Part shown: piece by piece, positions 45,601-52,218 of the stretch
Numbering within the stretch: position 1 is the stretch's first letter
How the letters are laid out: each line of letters starts with the position of its first letter
Source: Candidatus Dojkabacteria bacterium
Lineage (GTDB): Bacteria > Patescibacteriota > Dojkabacteria > J137
Direction of reading: 5' to 3'
DNA: 58,497 bases
NCBI GenBank assembly: GCA_025061805.1
Contig: JANWZV010000001.1
Coordinates: forward strand, 1 to 58,497
Notes under the pieces: generated by a model
The model's database searches: none
The model's input: the letters and a program-made list of their open reading frames with translations, nothing else
What the model was told of the DNA's origin: nothing
Position numbers and translations under genes: made by a program

Positions 45601-48600
45601 TTATATTTGGTTCCTCCTCCTTCTCCTGTTTCCGTGACTGGTATACCAGGGGGTTCTGGAGCTTTATTTAATGTTTTGTTTTTAGAATTAAACAATCAAT
45701 ATGACATATGGATACCAAAATTAGTTCCTGATGAAAATTTAAGCGATGTGGAAAAATATGGAAATTTAATAAGACCAAGGCAGACATGGTTCAAAAACGT
45801 TTGTAAGGCCAGAAAAGAATATGTAGAAGTCATAAATTATATTTTGGGAAAATTGAATCTTTATAAAGATAGGCCTAATTGGGATTTAGGTATCAATCAA
45901 TCCGAGCCATATCCATTTGATATAAACAATCCTTTACCGAATCAAAAAGTAGTATCAGATTCCTTCGATTTATATAATAAAATCATAACAAATCAAATAG
46001 TATTAAATGATATCATTTTGATGCTTGGTAATCAGAATACAAAAGGTTTTTGGACACTTTGGAAATATGAGCAGAGTGGTTTAAAATTATTGGATTACCA
46101 AAAATATAATACTGTTGATTTTTATGAAATCATAGATTGGTATTCGCCTGAAGTGGATAAAAACAATGTTCCGATTATAATTTATCAAGATAATTTAGAA
46201 AGAGATTCTAAAACTGATACTTCTTTGCTCAATAAAATTGTAAAAGTAGAAAATGACGGATCAAATAAATGGGCATGGTATAAATTAAAAATCAACGAAT
46301 TAAATAATTTTTATTGGGAATTGGTTGCAAGAGAAAAATCGACAATTAAATTATCATCTAAATTCTACGAAAATTGCGGAAATATATTCGGTTTGTTTTT
46401 CAACAAAAATTACAATTCTTTTATTTATGGATTAAATTGGGATGAATTCGATTGGGACACATTTGAGTGGGATCCAATAAAGATAAATGTTCAGAATTCT
46501 ATGATTGGATTCGGCAAAGAGGTAGATAAAAGGAGTGGGATTTTAGAATTAAGAATTCTATTTGAATATTTAAACAACAATGTTTTGGATTTATCAGAAA
46601 TAAATTTGATGTTTTTCACGATGGTCAGGTTTGCTCATACTGAGCATAGTTATATTGATTGGGCATTCAAGACTAGTTTAGTAGATGTAGTTGGGTTCAA
46701 TCAAGAATTAAAACAAGATGCGATTATATATTTTGATATCAGCAAGAGCTTTTTGGATTTCTTCGATGAAGCAAAACCATATCATGTTAAGATAAAGGAT
46801 TTTATAAAATCTTTTTCTTTTGTGGATATTGCTAATTTTTATGTTACTGATTTCGATAAACCCGTATTTTTCGATATCGAAACAAAGGAATATAGAGTTT
46901 TGTCTGTTTTTGACCCCAATGATATTAAAATATTCGAAAGTCCTAAAAATCCAGGATTATTTTTCAATTTCTTGTTTTTGAATTTGTTCCTTAACAATCC
47001 AAGACAATCGCAGAGTTTTATTGTTTCTAACGTAAATCAGATTGTTTTTACTCTTCCTTTGGATATAATTGATGCTTCTTTGGTGGAAGTAAAAGTCAAT
47101 AATATATTGAAAACAATAAATGTGGATTTTTATGTCTCTCAAAACAATATAATATTCTTATATCCATTGAGCATAGGAGATGTCGTGGATGTAATAGAAA
47201 GACAGATACCTAAAGGATTACAAGGATTGGTTACTTCCAAAAATATATGGAATGACTGGTATTCTAATTACCTCGATAATCCAGAGTTAATAAGAACCTT
47301 AAAAATAAAAATTCTTTTTGATAGATTGTCTTGTATAGATTCCAATACACAATTCTTCTGGGATGAATTTGATTGGGATACAATAGTTTGGGATAATGCT
47401 CAAACATTGGTAAATCCTAATATAACAGATACTGTTTTCATCAATCTAAGCAATGGTGTTCAGATTTATGATTTGTCTTCGATTGTTCAAATAGATCAAA
47501 TATTGTGGCATCCTTATAATTTTTCTGAAATATATTACATTCATAACAATAATGAATCATTACTTCAAGATGATGATTATCAATTGTTTTATTTAGATTT
47601 GTATAATTTTACTGGAAATGGAACAAATACAACTTTTTCGGTCAATACGAAACAAAATATAACACCGCCTGTAATACAGGTTTTCGTTAATGGCGTGTTG
47701 CAAAATTACGTCACTGATTATGTTTTGGTTGGCAAAAATGTTGTTTTCAATGTTCCTCCACCAAATAATTCGATTATTTTAGTAAAAATATTGCCTAGAA
47801 TTATTCTAAACTTCTCTCCTTCCACTGGATCTTCTCTAAAGATAAAAAGAACTCTTGAATCTATGGAAAGAATATTGAAATATTATATTAATAAGGAAGG
47901 AAAGAAGTCAAAAATAGAAAAAAGATTGATACCGAGATGTGATTTTTACGGAACTGTAATAGAAGGCGAAGGTTTTGTAAAAAGTTTTGATTGGGATATG
48001 TTTGATTGGGATATTCCAGGATCTTGGGATGTTTCAACTATTTCTACTCTTTATTTTAATGATTTGATTTTGAGTGGTGGACAATTTTATGATAGTTATG
48101 ATTTCACTGGTGATGGTTCTACTTTATTGTTTTCTTTGAATCCGCCTCCTTCTGTTTTACCAAATACGAATACAAATAGTATAGTTTTTATAAATGGTGT
48201 CCTACAACAACCAAACATAGATTATTCTTTCTTTGGTAATAGCATAGTTTTCACGTTGCCTCCTCCCAATAATTCCGAAATAAAAGTTATAATAGCTCCG
48301 TTCTTACCGGCAAATACCAATATTTGGGATATAGTTGTAGATGGATACGAATTTGTCTCTCCATTATACGGACCCAATCAACCGGAGGAAAGAGTGAAAA
48401 TAAAGCCAAGATCGCCTGTAATAATGAAAACATTTACCGAATATTCTTTTGGTGATTTTCCGATTGAAATAATAAGACTGGAAGGTAATGCATCATCCAA
48501 TTTCGTGGAATTCAAGACATATCCTCAATCTATTGAAAGTATAATGGTATTTTATAATGAAAATCTCATTTTACCGCCTTTGTGGAATTTAGATTATTTG

Positions 48601-50694
48601 AATAAAAGAATAAACTTTTCGTTTGTTCCTCAGAATGGAGAAAAAATAGAAGTTCTTATATTCAATTGGGCGGGCACTGCCAAGAAAATAGCACAATATT
48701 CTAATTTCGGAACTACTAGTTCTAAATCTTTCGTTTATCCATCTGTGATATCGAATGTTTTATCTTATGTTACACTAAACGGCAATTTATTGAGTAATGT
48801 TTCTTCTTCTGTGTCGTCTGTAGTCAATAATACCACATCATGGAATGTTAATTTGAATGCAACTTATACTGGTTTGATAGATATCAATTCGTTCGATATT
48901 TCCAATGGTGAACAGGTTTATTTAATGAGAAGGGACGTTTTTATTGCCAATGGCGGCGTTCAGGCATTCAATATTTCACAAAACATAAACTTAAATGGAA
49001 ATTATTCTCAACTTTTCGTTTTCAAGAACGGAAAGAAAATAAGCGGCCCTATAATGAATTTTGGTATAGGCGATGGCATAAATGATGTTTTTCCGCTTTC
49101 TTATCCGGTTATAAATCCATCGGATGTCACTGTTTTCGTGGATAATGTTCTTATGGTACAAGGCGTAGATTATGAAGTTGGCAATATACCTCCCCCGCCA
49201 CCGCCAACAAATAAAACCGCAATTCAATTTTATCCCGGATCCATTCCTTCTCCGGGACAATTGGTTAAAATCATAACCAACAAGAACTATCATTATCAAT
49301 TCTTCTCTCCGAATCAAATAATTTTCAATGATCCTAATAATTTACTACTTCCGGGCGATGAAATCGTTGTATACTCTATTTCTAATTACGGGGATTCTAG
49401 TATCAAAAAAGAATCTTTTATCGGACAGAATCCTGCCATTTATCCTTTGTTCCAAACACCAATCACACCGAATCATGTAAATGTTTATGTGAATGGAAAA
49501 GAAAAAATATTAGGTTCTGATTATCTTTTGAATAATGATGGATTAGGGTGGGATTTGTTCTTTTGGGATCTTTTCTATACTTGGGATAATTCTCAATACA
49601 ACATACTGATTTTCAAGGATTTACATGTAGAATCAATAAATTTCACAGGCGATGGCGTAACTACGAATTTCTCCTTATCTTCTTTTGTTGATTTTCCTGT
49701 AGAAAGCATAGATGATTATTTGACCGTATATGTCAATGGTATTCTTCAAGAAAATAGTGTCGATTATAATATTGTTTTCATATCTCCGAACTTTTTTGTT
49801 TCTTTCTTAACTCCACCACCAAATAATTCTGTCATAACCATAAATTCTCATGCAAAAGTGGAAGCAATAACGTGGAATGATAGAATAGCAAAAGAGCCGA
49901 TATATTTCTTATGTTTTTCTGAAACAAGCAATAAAGAAAAAAATCCAAAAGATTGGGTATATTATAGGATAGATGAAGATCAAAGAATGAATCTTAGAGT
50001 CAGTTTGTTGCCCAATAATAATATTATTCTTATAAACGGAAATAAAAATATACCCATTCAATGGAGAGATAATAATGTTATAGATCAAGGATATTCATTA
50101 GATACATTTGGTAATAAAAAATATAATCCAGGTTTGATTTTAGTAGGAGAAGAATTGATTTCTTACGAAAAATTCGATTATGATACTATAAACGATGTTT
50201 ATATTTTAGAAGATCTTGTAAGATCAAAATATCAAACAGCTTTTGGCATAGAATATAAGACCATATCTGCTTCATATGCCGGAAACGGAAATCAAACGAT
50301 TTTTGCGACTCCTTCGTCAAGCTTTTTCAAGGTTTTCGTTGAGATTATAGAATTCGAATATGATTCATATGCAAATGATTTTAAACCCAAGAAAATAAAA
50401 ACTCTTAGGGAAAATATCGATTACACTGTCGCGACAAATACCATTATATTCACCAATCCACCACCTCTGCCTCAATCTGTTTCTTATCCTGTCAATATAA
50501 TAGTGACTTGTTTGATATATGATTGGACCAATTATAATTCTAGTCATTTGGGCGGAACAGAAGTCATTGCGCTACCAGAAAAATCAAGATTTAAAGAACA
50601 ATTTACGATAAATTGGGCAGATAATAAAGGACTACAATATAATGATACTTCTTTGACGAAGTTCTTGTTAGAGAATAAGGTTTTTATCATTTAA
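36700..50694 (+). CDS. Giant (4664 aa) modular virion structural/fibre-like protein
   Basis: Uninterrupted 13,995-nt ORF. It is built from at least 10 copies of an F/Y-x-G-D/N-G...F...V.VNG......DY......I.F...P module known from phage fibre N-termini, several G-G-S-G-Y modules and five W-D-rich motifs. Confidence 0.6.
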   Translation: MSEENKKVINLLPSTYKTRFLENLFTNSFDNLFDKGNSEFLDGFIGKITSYYEKNSQNYIKEKDINRTIYQFEPIVISKNGNNENFSLFYECFLNSIKLNGGFIENQNRLFENYYYSWCPPIDIDKFMNFKEYFWLKDGPTFRYAGYKIHEYVSNGTDTIYNFDLPYINQNEIIVTVDDVLQNLGVDYVIQNRSVVFNTSPPVDSKIKIISYKIIGYEIYVSDGVNKKYKVPLICKKKEDIIVFINNILTTSGFSIVEENGEFYVIFDNPVIVGSNIEIIVYKILNVLEDILGRKHIKDINGYYYSSNMKIVFSYNVFPSVYNSGEWIIEGVGREIRLAFDGTGSSLTSGWDLFLWDSIAWDNDLFVNFYPLSALIKSDIPEYETIERTSLNNNPWSRTNRWFHYDVLTPEDRKKAIQAKRPIIEFERDLELYNYGRYFRGFVDLVINDMKDPINSFLNALNVNKINPYCISAISINSPGSGYTNLGGNGEVVCNVVGGTGTAAQVKVTLTSGQVTAVQLVTKGEYTTIPVGPVTVDTLVGGSGASFNVEYNEINTSFFIKSLVWPNSYLGESEIFYGNIKIKDGMRILVLNSNTSDKNKVFKVSGIAGLGSPNLLLETDGILTNGDPFEGEILYVKDGIFKENEFYFDGISWNISQIKNFGNPPLFQLYDADPINNYGVKLNDSVRYPNSDFNGNKIFSYAEGEGKKDKVLNKKLKYDKNGEIVFVFNLVTDRYQYSDGEIKGFYFYNKLGKTKEKDEFYNSWHRKNKKSKQNYYNRLISDVDGIKIFEVNWKINKIEEIYINGKKVNYTYLIDTNKTIINLQNLLEKNDIIEIISVYDEDSRNGNFEIPQNLSKNPNFEEVTFLSKTNYGIHFNENIQENLSTVKFVNPGQYYSKNKYRDSEKNWSFGEQIIQNEESILKASLIFSKSELNIFDSIDYLSREYNRFFNKFIQKLNYFYTENILNQLDPPGKWVEEILKELNKNKTNDFPFYRSLFGDINNFIPPSLSYLGILQTYYPIKFIDTSLQEPLEFILCHDGSLIKSFGDFRDDVILELEIFLYNSIESKFKNENLFEFSIFDVLPGKWRKTDYNMNEINSILSRYFEIWCLQNNISYRNNVTYSADNYWSFNFRNAKSTLGDVLNGSWRAIYHYYYDTDRPHLFPWEMLGFSEKPGWWDSEYGPPPYTSLNLKLWEDLRDGRIRNGPRKGIDKRFARPELLKILPVDELGNLLNPFEAKIFDNSVLSNDFSEDWKFGDYGPVENAWRRTKFYRFDLLKLLLLTKPLKSVELFWDTKNIKRIYNDKEKTNQLVNILYKSRPKHELYQVFGERNDVLGLQNIITHYLEKDSKDIKTFYGDFIRNLNVKLGYRFGSFINSEFLSVFSETYGFLPKEDINVFLYESIPFKETFYSGILVRNLGNNIFQVFGYDVLDPNFKIIKGSSSGRKKDISIFLNNNILPKKWNPNTEYNVGDYVYYENDAYKAIKAHKSSKNFEDDLNKWKLHSDTVENIFFVVNKKLDVEKEQITKFGYGSIIFGIQDLVDFIFDYERYLLREGWIFDEYVFNEETGEGVIFDFEYSVKELLKWIISEPPVNSIFAISPFSKKARFKTDFGYIKSINDYLKSRYSILNRDGSIVNTENFIIFRLNDFFEIEAKELSEVNNIYGLRLLLNSFEHAFYVNNKTIFGDIIFDPLYNQRQNRLKISTFRTKNWNGRVTSPGFIITENTIKPNFDKSADNFRRFFDLNNQVEDKKLRDYANHNIAYQSRSYLRNLILSDTSQIDFYRGLIRQKGSSNSITKILRSNYISNFANFKFYENWAFRIGEFGNYDEKNKIEISYPVSLKKSDVQYFKFDIINKDTWKTLIDISTGDYDIEIYGEKLKKLDLDSKNDDIIYVYDFKSKKYKVQNDSLIQPIIINGGSNFEPNKNFLVIYDTKYADKTAKFLLSSNSSGQISSVVLYEEGEYKSVDTIGFFDITENELKGENWPNQGRDFVLRIKFIETNDEFISVKNKLWKIRQEEDYPFYEDYESSYKSVDNVDFRFIPNAGFVLENETNYSDFYINDILKPIDFENLETFTPDLLNNVPVFRPDETLWIYSSPGSNSYFNENYLGDWTVARVVDQNFKIHAYLESDPSFNCPLVVNSIPNDYVQYIGNGSNTTFLIPFIFYKNSDLVVLINGKILDNTNYNIVGNNIIFNTAPTNNARIEISRKGLWIYQTDGRFKGWTQVFYSGKFNFNRFVSIGEELKKDVNIADYVIVASGIECFRFGSLGQNYVPGDILTLSGGTLAPGGNPATFRVNNVYTTYVSSVSVLSGGSGYPPNQTFNNVRLIGGQGAEALVNVTTDAFGSVSTVSISGNNYGSYQVNPLGNICTLDLTPGSGAQILVTMQAYTYANTITLVNGGTGYSIDDVLEIVESSSYSLEQIRIAVTEVDQFGSITKFQIVSRGQFIPSTFLPQPLSTNVVAPPFSNGSGATFNVTYGNNPHVLRDIDIIFPGNYISVSTSVPYALTGGSGTGASVFVEIKEEGFLIGYEEKVKPGDWLVFISRKWQRTVPNLTDYIVIKASNLELEFFDPNILSNLVPIDFYTLREIKFDTYNDVLTNYVLPNNNSKAFVLNLNSFLNNNLNLWGVLRYNGTNWLLDRAQNKRVRHDRYISGFIYDKNQNIVISDVEYYDPYNGRLLSDIRENVDIFSDEDPAIYGQERNSWLYDKVGTIWWNLKEYRILDYEQSDSSYRRKNWGKPVKNSKIEVYEWIRSDLKPTEFKNRLESFTERDLFPGEPVFEDKFNESFEFDPIFNRSIKYYYFWVRKRQIVNDKKKLSIKQISDLINNPNISLKPWFAGISKDGMIIYEPGNVLSDDTIFQIIYTKNEKTKDYNNHTQWVLVPEKSDTFDIPKRLLNKLRDSLCGFDDYGEKKELFETKRKILDNVTILNSGSGYNNGNFIATVSGGTFIVPATLSVTVSGGQVVSCSILNPGLYLVPPPSPVSVTGIPGGSGALFNVLFLELNNQYDIWIPKLVPDENLSDVEKYGNLIRPRQTWFKNVCKARKEYVEVINYILGKLNLYKDRPNWDLGINQSEPYPFDINNPLPNQKVVSDSFDLYNKIITNQIVLNDIILMLGNQNTKGFWTLWKYEQSGLKLLDYQKYNTVDFYEIIDWYSPEVDKNNVPIIIYQDNLERDSKTDTSLLNKIVKVENDGSNKWAWYKLKINELNNFYWELVAREKSTIKLSSKFYENCGNIFGLFFNKNYNSFIYGLNWDEFDWDTFEWDPIKINVQNSMIGFGKEVDKRSGILELRILFEYLNNNVLDLSEINLMFFTMVRFAHTEHSYIDWAFKTSLVDVVGFNQELKQDAIIYFDISKSFLDFFDEAKPYHVKIKDFIKSFSFVDIANFYVTDFDKPVFFDIETKEYRVLSVFDPNDIKIFESPKNPGLFFNFLFLNLFLNNPRQSQSFIVSNVNQIVFTLPLDIIDASLVEVKVNNILKTINVDFYVSQNNIIFLYPLSIGDVVDVIERQIPKGLQGLVTSKNIWNDWYSNYLDNPELIRTLKIKILFDRLSCIDSNTQFFWDEFDWDTIVWDNAQTLVNPNITDTVFINLSNGVQIYDLSSIVQIDQILWHPYNFSEIYYIHNNNESLLQDDDYQLFYLDLYNFTGNGTNTTFSVNTKQNITPPVIQVFVNGVLQNYVTDYVLVGKNVVFNVPPPNNSIILVKILPRIILNFSPSTGSSLKIKRTLESMERILKYYINKEGKKSKIEKRLIPRCDFYGTVIEGEGFVKSFDWDMFDWDIPGSWDVSTISTLYFNDLILSGGQFYDSYDFTGDGSTLLFSLNPPPSVLPNTNTNSIVFINGVLQQPNIDYSFFGNSIVFTLPPPNNSEIKVIIAPFLPANTNIWDIVVDGYEFVSPLYGPNQPEERVKIKPRSPVIMKTFTEYSFGDFPIEIIRLEGNASSNFVEFKTYPQSIESIMVFYNENLILPPLWNLDYLNKRINFSFVPQNGEKIEVLIFNWAGTAKKIAQYSNFGTTSSKSFVYPSVISNVLSYVTLNGNLLSNVSSSVSSVVNNTTSWNVNLNATYTGLIDINSFDISNGEQVYLMRRDVFIANGGVQAFNISQNINLNGNYSQLFVFKNGKKISGPIMNFGIGDGINDVFPLSYPVINPSDVTVFVDNVLMVQGVDYEVGNIPPPPPPTNKTAIQFYPGSIPSPGQLVKIITNKNYHYQFFSPNQIIFNDPNNLLLPGDEIVVYSISNYGDSSIKKESFIGQNPAIYPLFQTPITPNHVNVYVNGKEKILGSDYLLNNDGLGWDLFFWDLFYTWDNSQYNILIFKDLHVESINFTGDGVTTNFSLSSFVDFPVESIDDYLTVYVNGILQENSVDYNIVFISPNFFVSFLTPPPNNSVITINSHAKVEAITWNDRIAKEPIYFLCFSETSNKEKNPKDWVYYRIDEDQRMNLRVSLLPNNNIILINGNKNIPIQWRDNNVIDQGYSLDTFGNKKYNPGLILVGEELISYEKFDYDTINDVYILEDLVRSKYQTAFGIEYKTISASYAGNGNQTIFATPSSSFFKVFVEIIEFEYDSYANDFKPKKIKTLRENIDYTVATNTIIFTNPPPLPQSVSYPVNIIVTCLIYDWTNYNSSHLGGTEVIALPEKSRFKEQFTINWADNKGLQYNDTSLTKFLLENKVFII

Positions 50695-51234
50695 GTAATT
50701 TAAAAAACTAGTTTTAAATTTCATGAATCTTTGATTGAAAATTTTATATTTTTTATTCCAATGATTCGAGTCATAATAATAAGATAAATTTTTATAATTG
50801 TATTCTCCCAATAATTTTTCCAGGCATAGTTCTTTTTCAAAAGATTTTATAAACCATGCGCTTATGTTACAGGATTTGACATCTAAATAAAAAACAGAAC
50901 AGGAATTTTCTATGAATTTTTTTATATTTTTTGTATTTTTTAGATTTTCTTCGAAAAATTCCATAGAAGTCAATAAACCATCTTCTAATTCTTGGGTATT
51001 TCTGTAGTATTCTAGAAAATTCAGCAAAAAGTTTTTGTTTTTCCAGTTATTGAACAATATTTTTTTGGATTTCATGTACTTCAGATAATTTTTTATTGTA
51101 TAAAAGGAATTTATGTTGTTTTCTATGAAAAACAAAGATAAAGAATTTATGTCTTTTATATATTTTTCTTTTTCGTTTTCTTTAAGATATAAGATGTTTT
51201 CTATCCAATAACTTATTTTTTCTATTTTTTTCAT
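50668..51234 (-). CDS. Hypothetical protein
   Basis: 188-aa ORF. It converges on the giant ORF and overlaps its end by 27 nt. Confidence 0.55.
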   Translation of the reverse strand: MKKIEKISYWIENILYLKENEKEKYIKDINSLSLFFIENNINSFYTIKNYLKYMKSKKILFNNWKNKNFLLNFLEYYRNTQELEDGLLTSMEFFEENLKNTKNIKKFIENSCSVFYLDVKSCNISAWFIKSFEKELCLEKLLGEYNYKNLSYYYDSNHWNKKYKIFNQRFMKFKTSFLNYLNDKNLIL

Positions 51235-51857
51235 ATTGAATTGTTTTTTCTCAATTCTTCAATTTCTTGTATTATCATTTTTTGTATATTTTTATCATTT
51301 ATTCCGAAAAATTCAAACAATTCATAATCTTCGTGTTTAGAAAGAAAAGTTTTCAAAAACAAGAGTAATTCTTCTTTAGAAGATAAGATTTTCGATTCTT
51401 TCAATAATGTCAATATTTTTAATTCTTTTTCTTTTTTATTGAAATTTATCCATCTTTTGTATGTTTTATTTTTTGGACATAGACAAATCATTAAGCTGAA
51501 TACAATATCTCTAAAATCTTCTTCTGAAGTTCTTGTACTTAATATTATGTTTTTATTGATCATATCATTTAGTAAAATTAAATTACGTATGTATTTTTTG
51601 TTTTCTAGGTTTGTTGGATTTGATAACCATTTTTGCAAAACTATTAATATTTCTAAAATATTTTCTTTTTTTTCTTCATCTATGGTATCAAGATAATATA
51701 TATCTTTTTTTGTTCTCATTATTTCGAACAATTCCCATATGTTCGTTTCATATTTTTTATTTTCGTCATTAGTTTCTTCAATATTGGATATTTTTTCAAA
51801 ATTTTTTTCTTTATCGTTGAATTTGAAAAATTCTTCGTTATTTTCTAATGTTTTCAT
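51231..51857 (-). CDS. Hypothetical protein
   Basis: 208-aa ORF. Its ATG (51855-51857) overlaps the stop of the zinc-ribbon ORF of GC-rich element copy 2. Confidence 0.6.
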   Translation of the reverse strand: MKTLENNEEFFKFNDKEKNFEKISNIEETNDENKKYETNIWELFEIMRTKKDIYYLDTIDEEKKENILEILIVLQKWLSNPTNLENKKYIRNLILLNDMINKNIILSTRTSEEDFRDIVFSLMICLCPKNKTYKRWINFNKKEKELKILTLLKESKILSSKEELLLFLKTFLSKHEDYELFEFFGINDKNIQKMIIQEIEELRKNNSI

Positions 51858-52096
51858 GTTTCGTGCTTATTATTTTCAGTCGTAAGACGCAACATGAACA
51901 ACGTTCGGAAGTGACCCATCGTGACGCTGAACTGCTTGCCGCATGCGCGGCAGCGCCAGAATTCGATGGGTTCTTTGACCGATGTGGCGTTGTCCATAGA
52001 TCCGCAACGGTAGCAAGCGGAGCCGATGCGGCCAGCACACCGATTCCAGGTGCGAGCGGCAGGCGTTGTTGGTGCTGAATTTTCGTAATAAGGCAC
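51854..52096 (-). CDS. 80-aa four-Cys zinc-ribbon ORF inside element copy 2; possibly expressed, status uncertain
   Basis: MPYYENSAPTTPAARTWNRCAGRIGSACYRCGSMDNATSVKEPIEFWRCRACGKQFSVTMGHF... has an intact CxxC...CxxC pair. Its TGA stop forms ATGA with the start of 51231..51857. Confidence 0.35.
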   Translation of the reverse strand: MPYYENSAPTTPAARTWNRCAGRIGSACYRCGSMDNATSVKEPIEFWRCRACGKQFSVTMGHFRTLFMLRLTTENNKHET

Positions 52097-52156
52097 GCAG
52101 CTTCATGGCTCAATGTATACATATAGCCGATATTGTGATTAAAAGCAATATATACC
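51859..52156 (-). mobile_element. GC-rich MITE-like element, copy 2 (IS1595-type zinc-ribbon relic)
   Basis: Colinear with 9292-9582, about three quarters identical. Inverted repeats are 51867-51881 TTATTATTTTCAGTC versus the reverse complement of 52137-52151, ATATTGCTTTTAATC (10/15). Confidence 0.6.
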
Positions 52157-52218
52157 GATATTATTGAAAAAATTTTTTGTACATAAAATAAATAAAAGTA
52201 AATAGGAGGTATACTTAT

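Noticed and set aside
36700-50694. Giant ORF as a target of a diversity-generating retroelement, and the many antisense track ORFs inside it as genes
   Set aside because: No reverse transcriptase or template/variable repeat pair is visible in the window. The antisense ORFs are short, low-complexity and fully embedded in a strongly coding frame.
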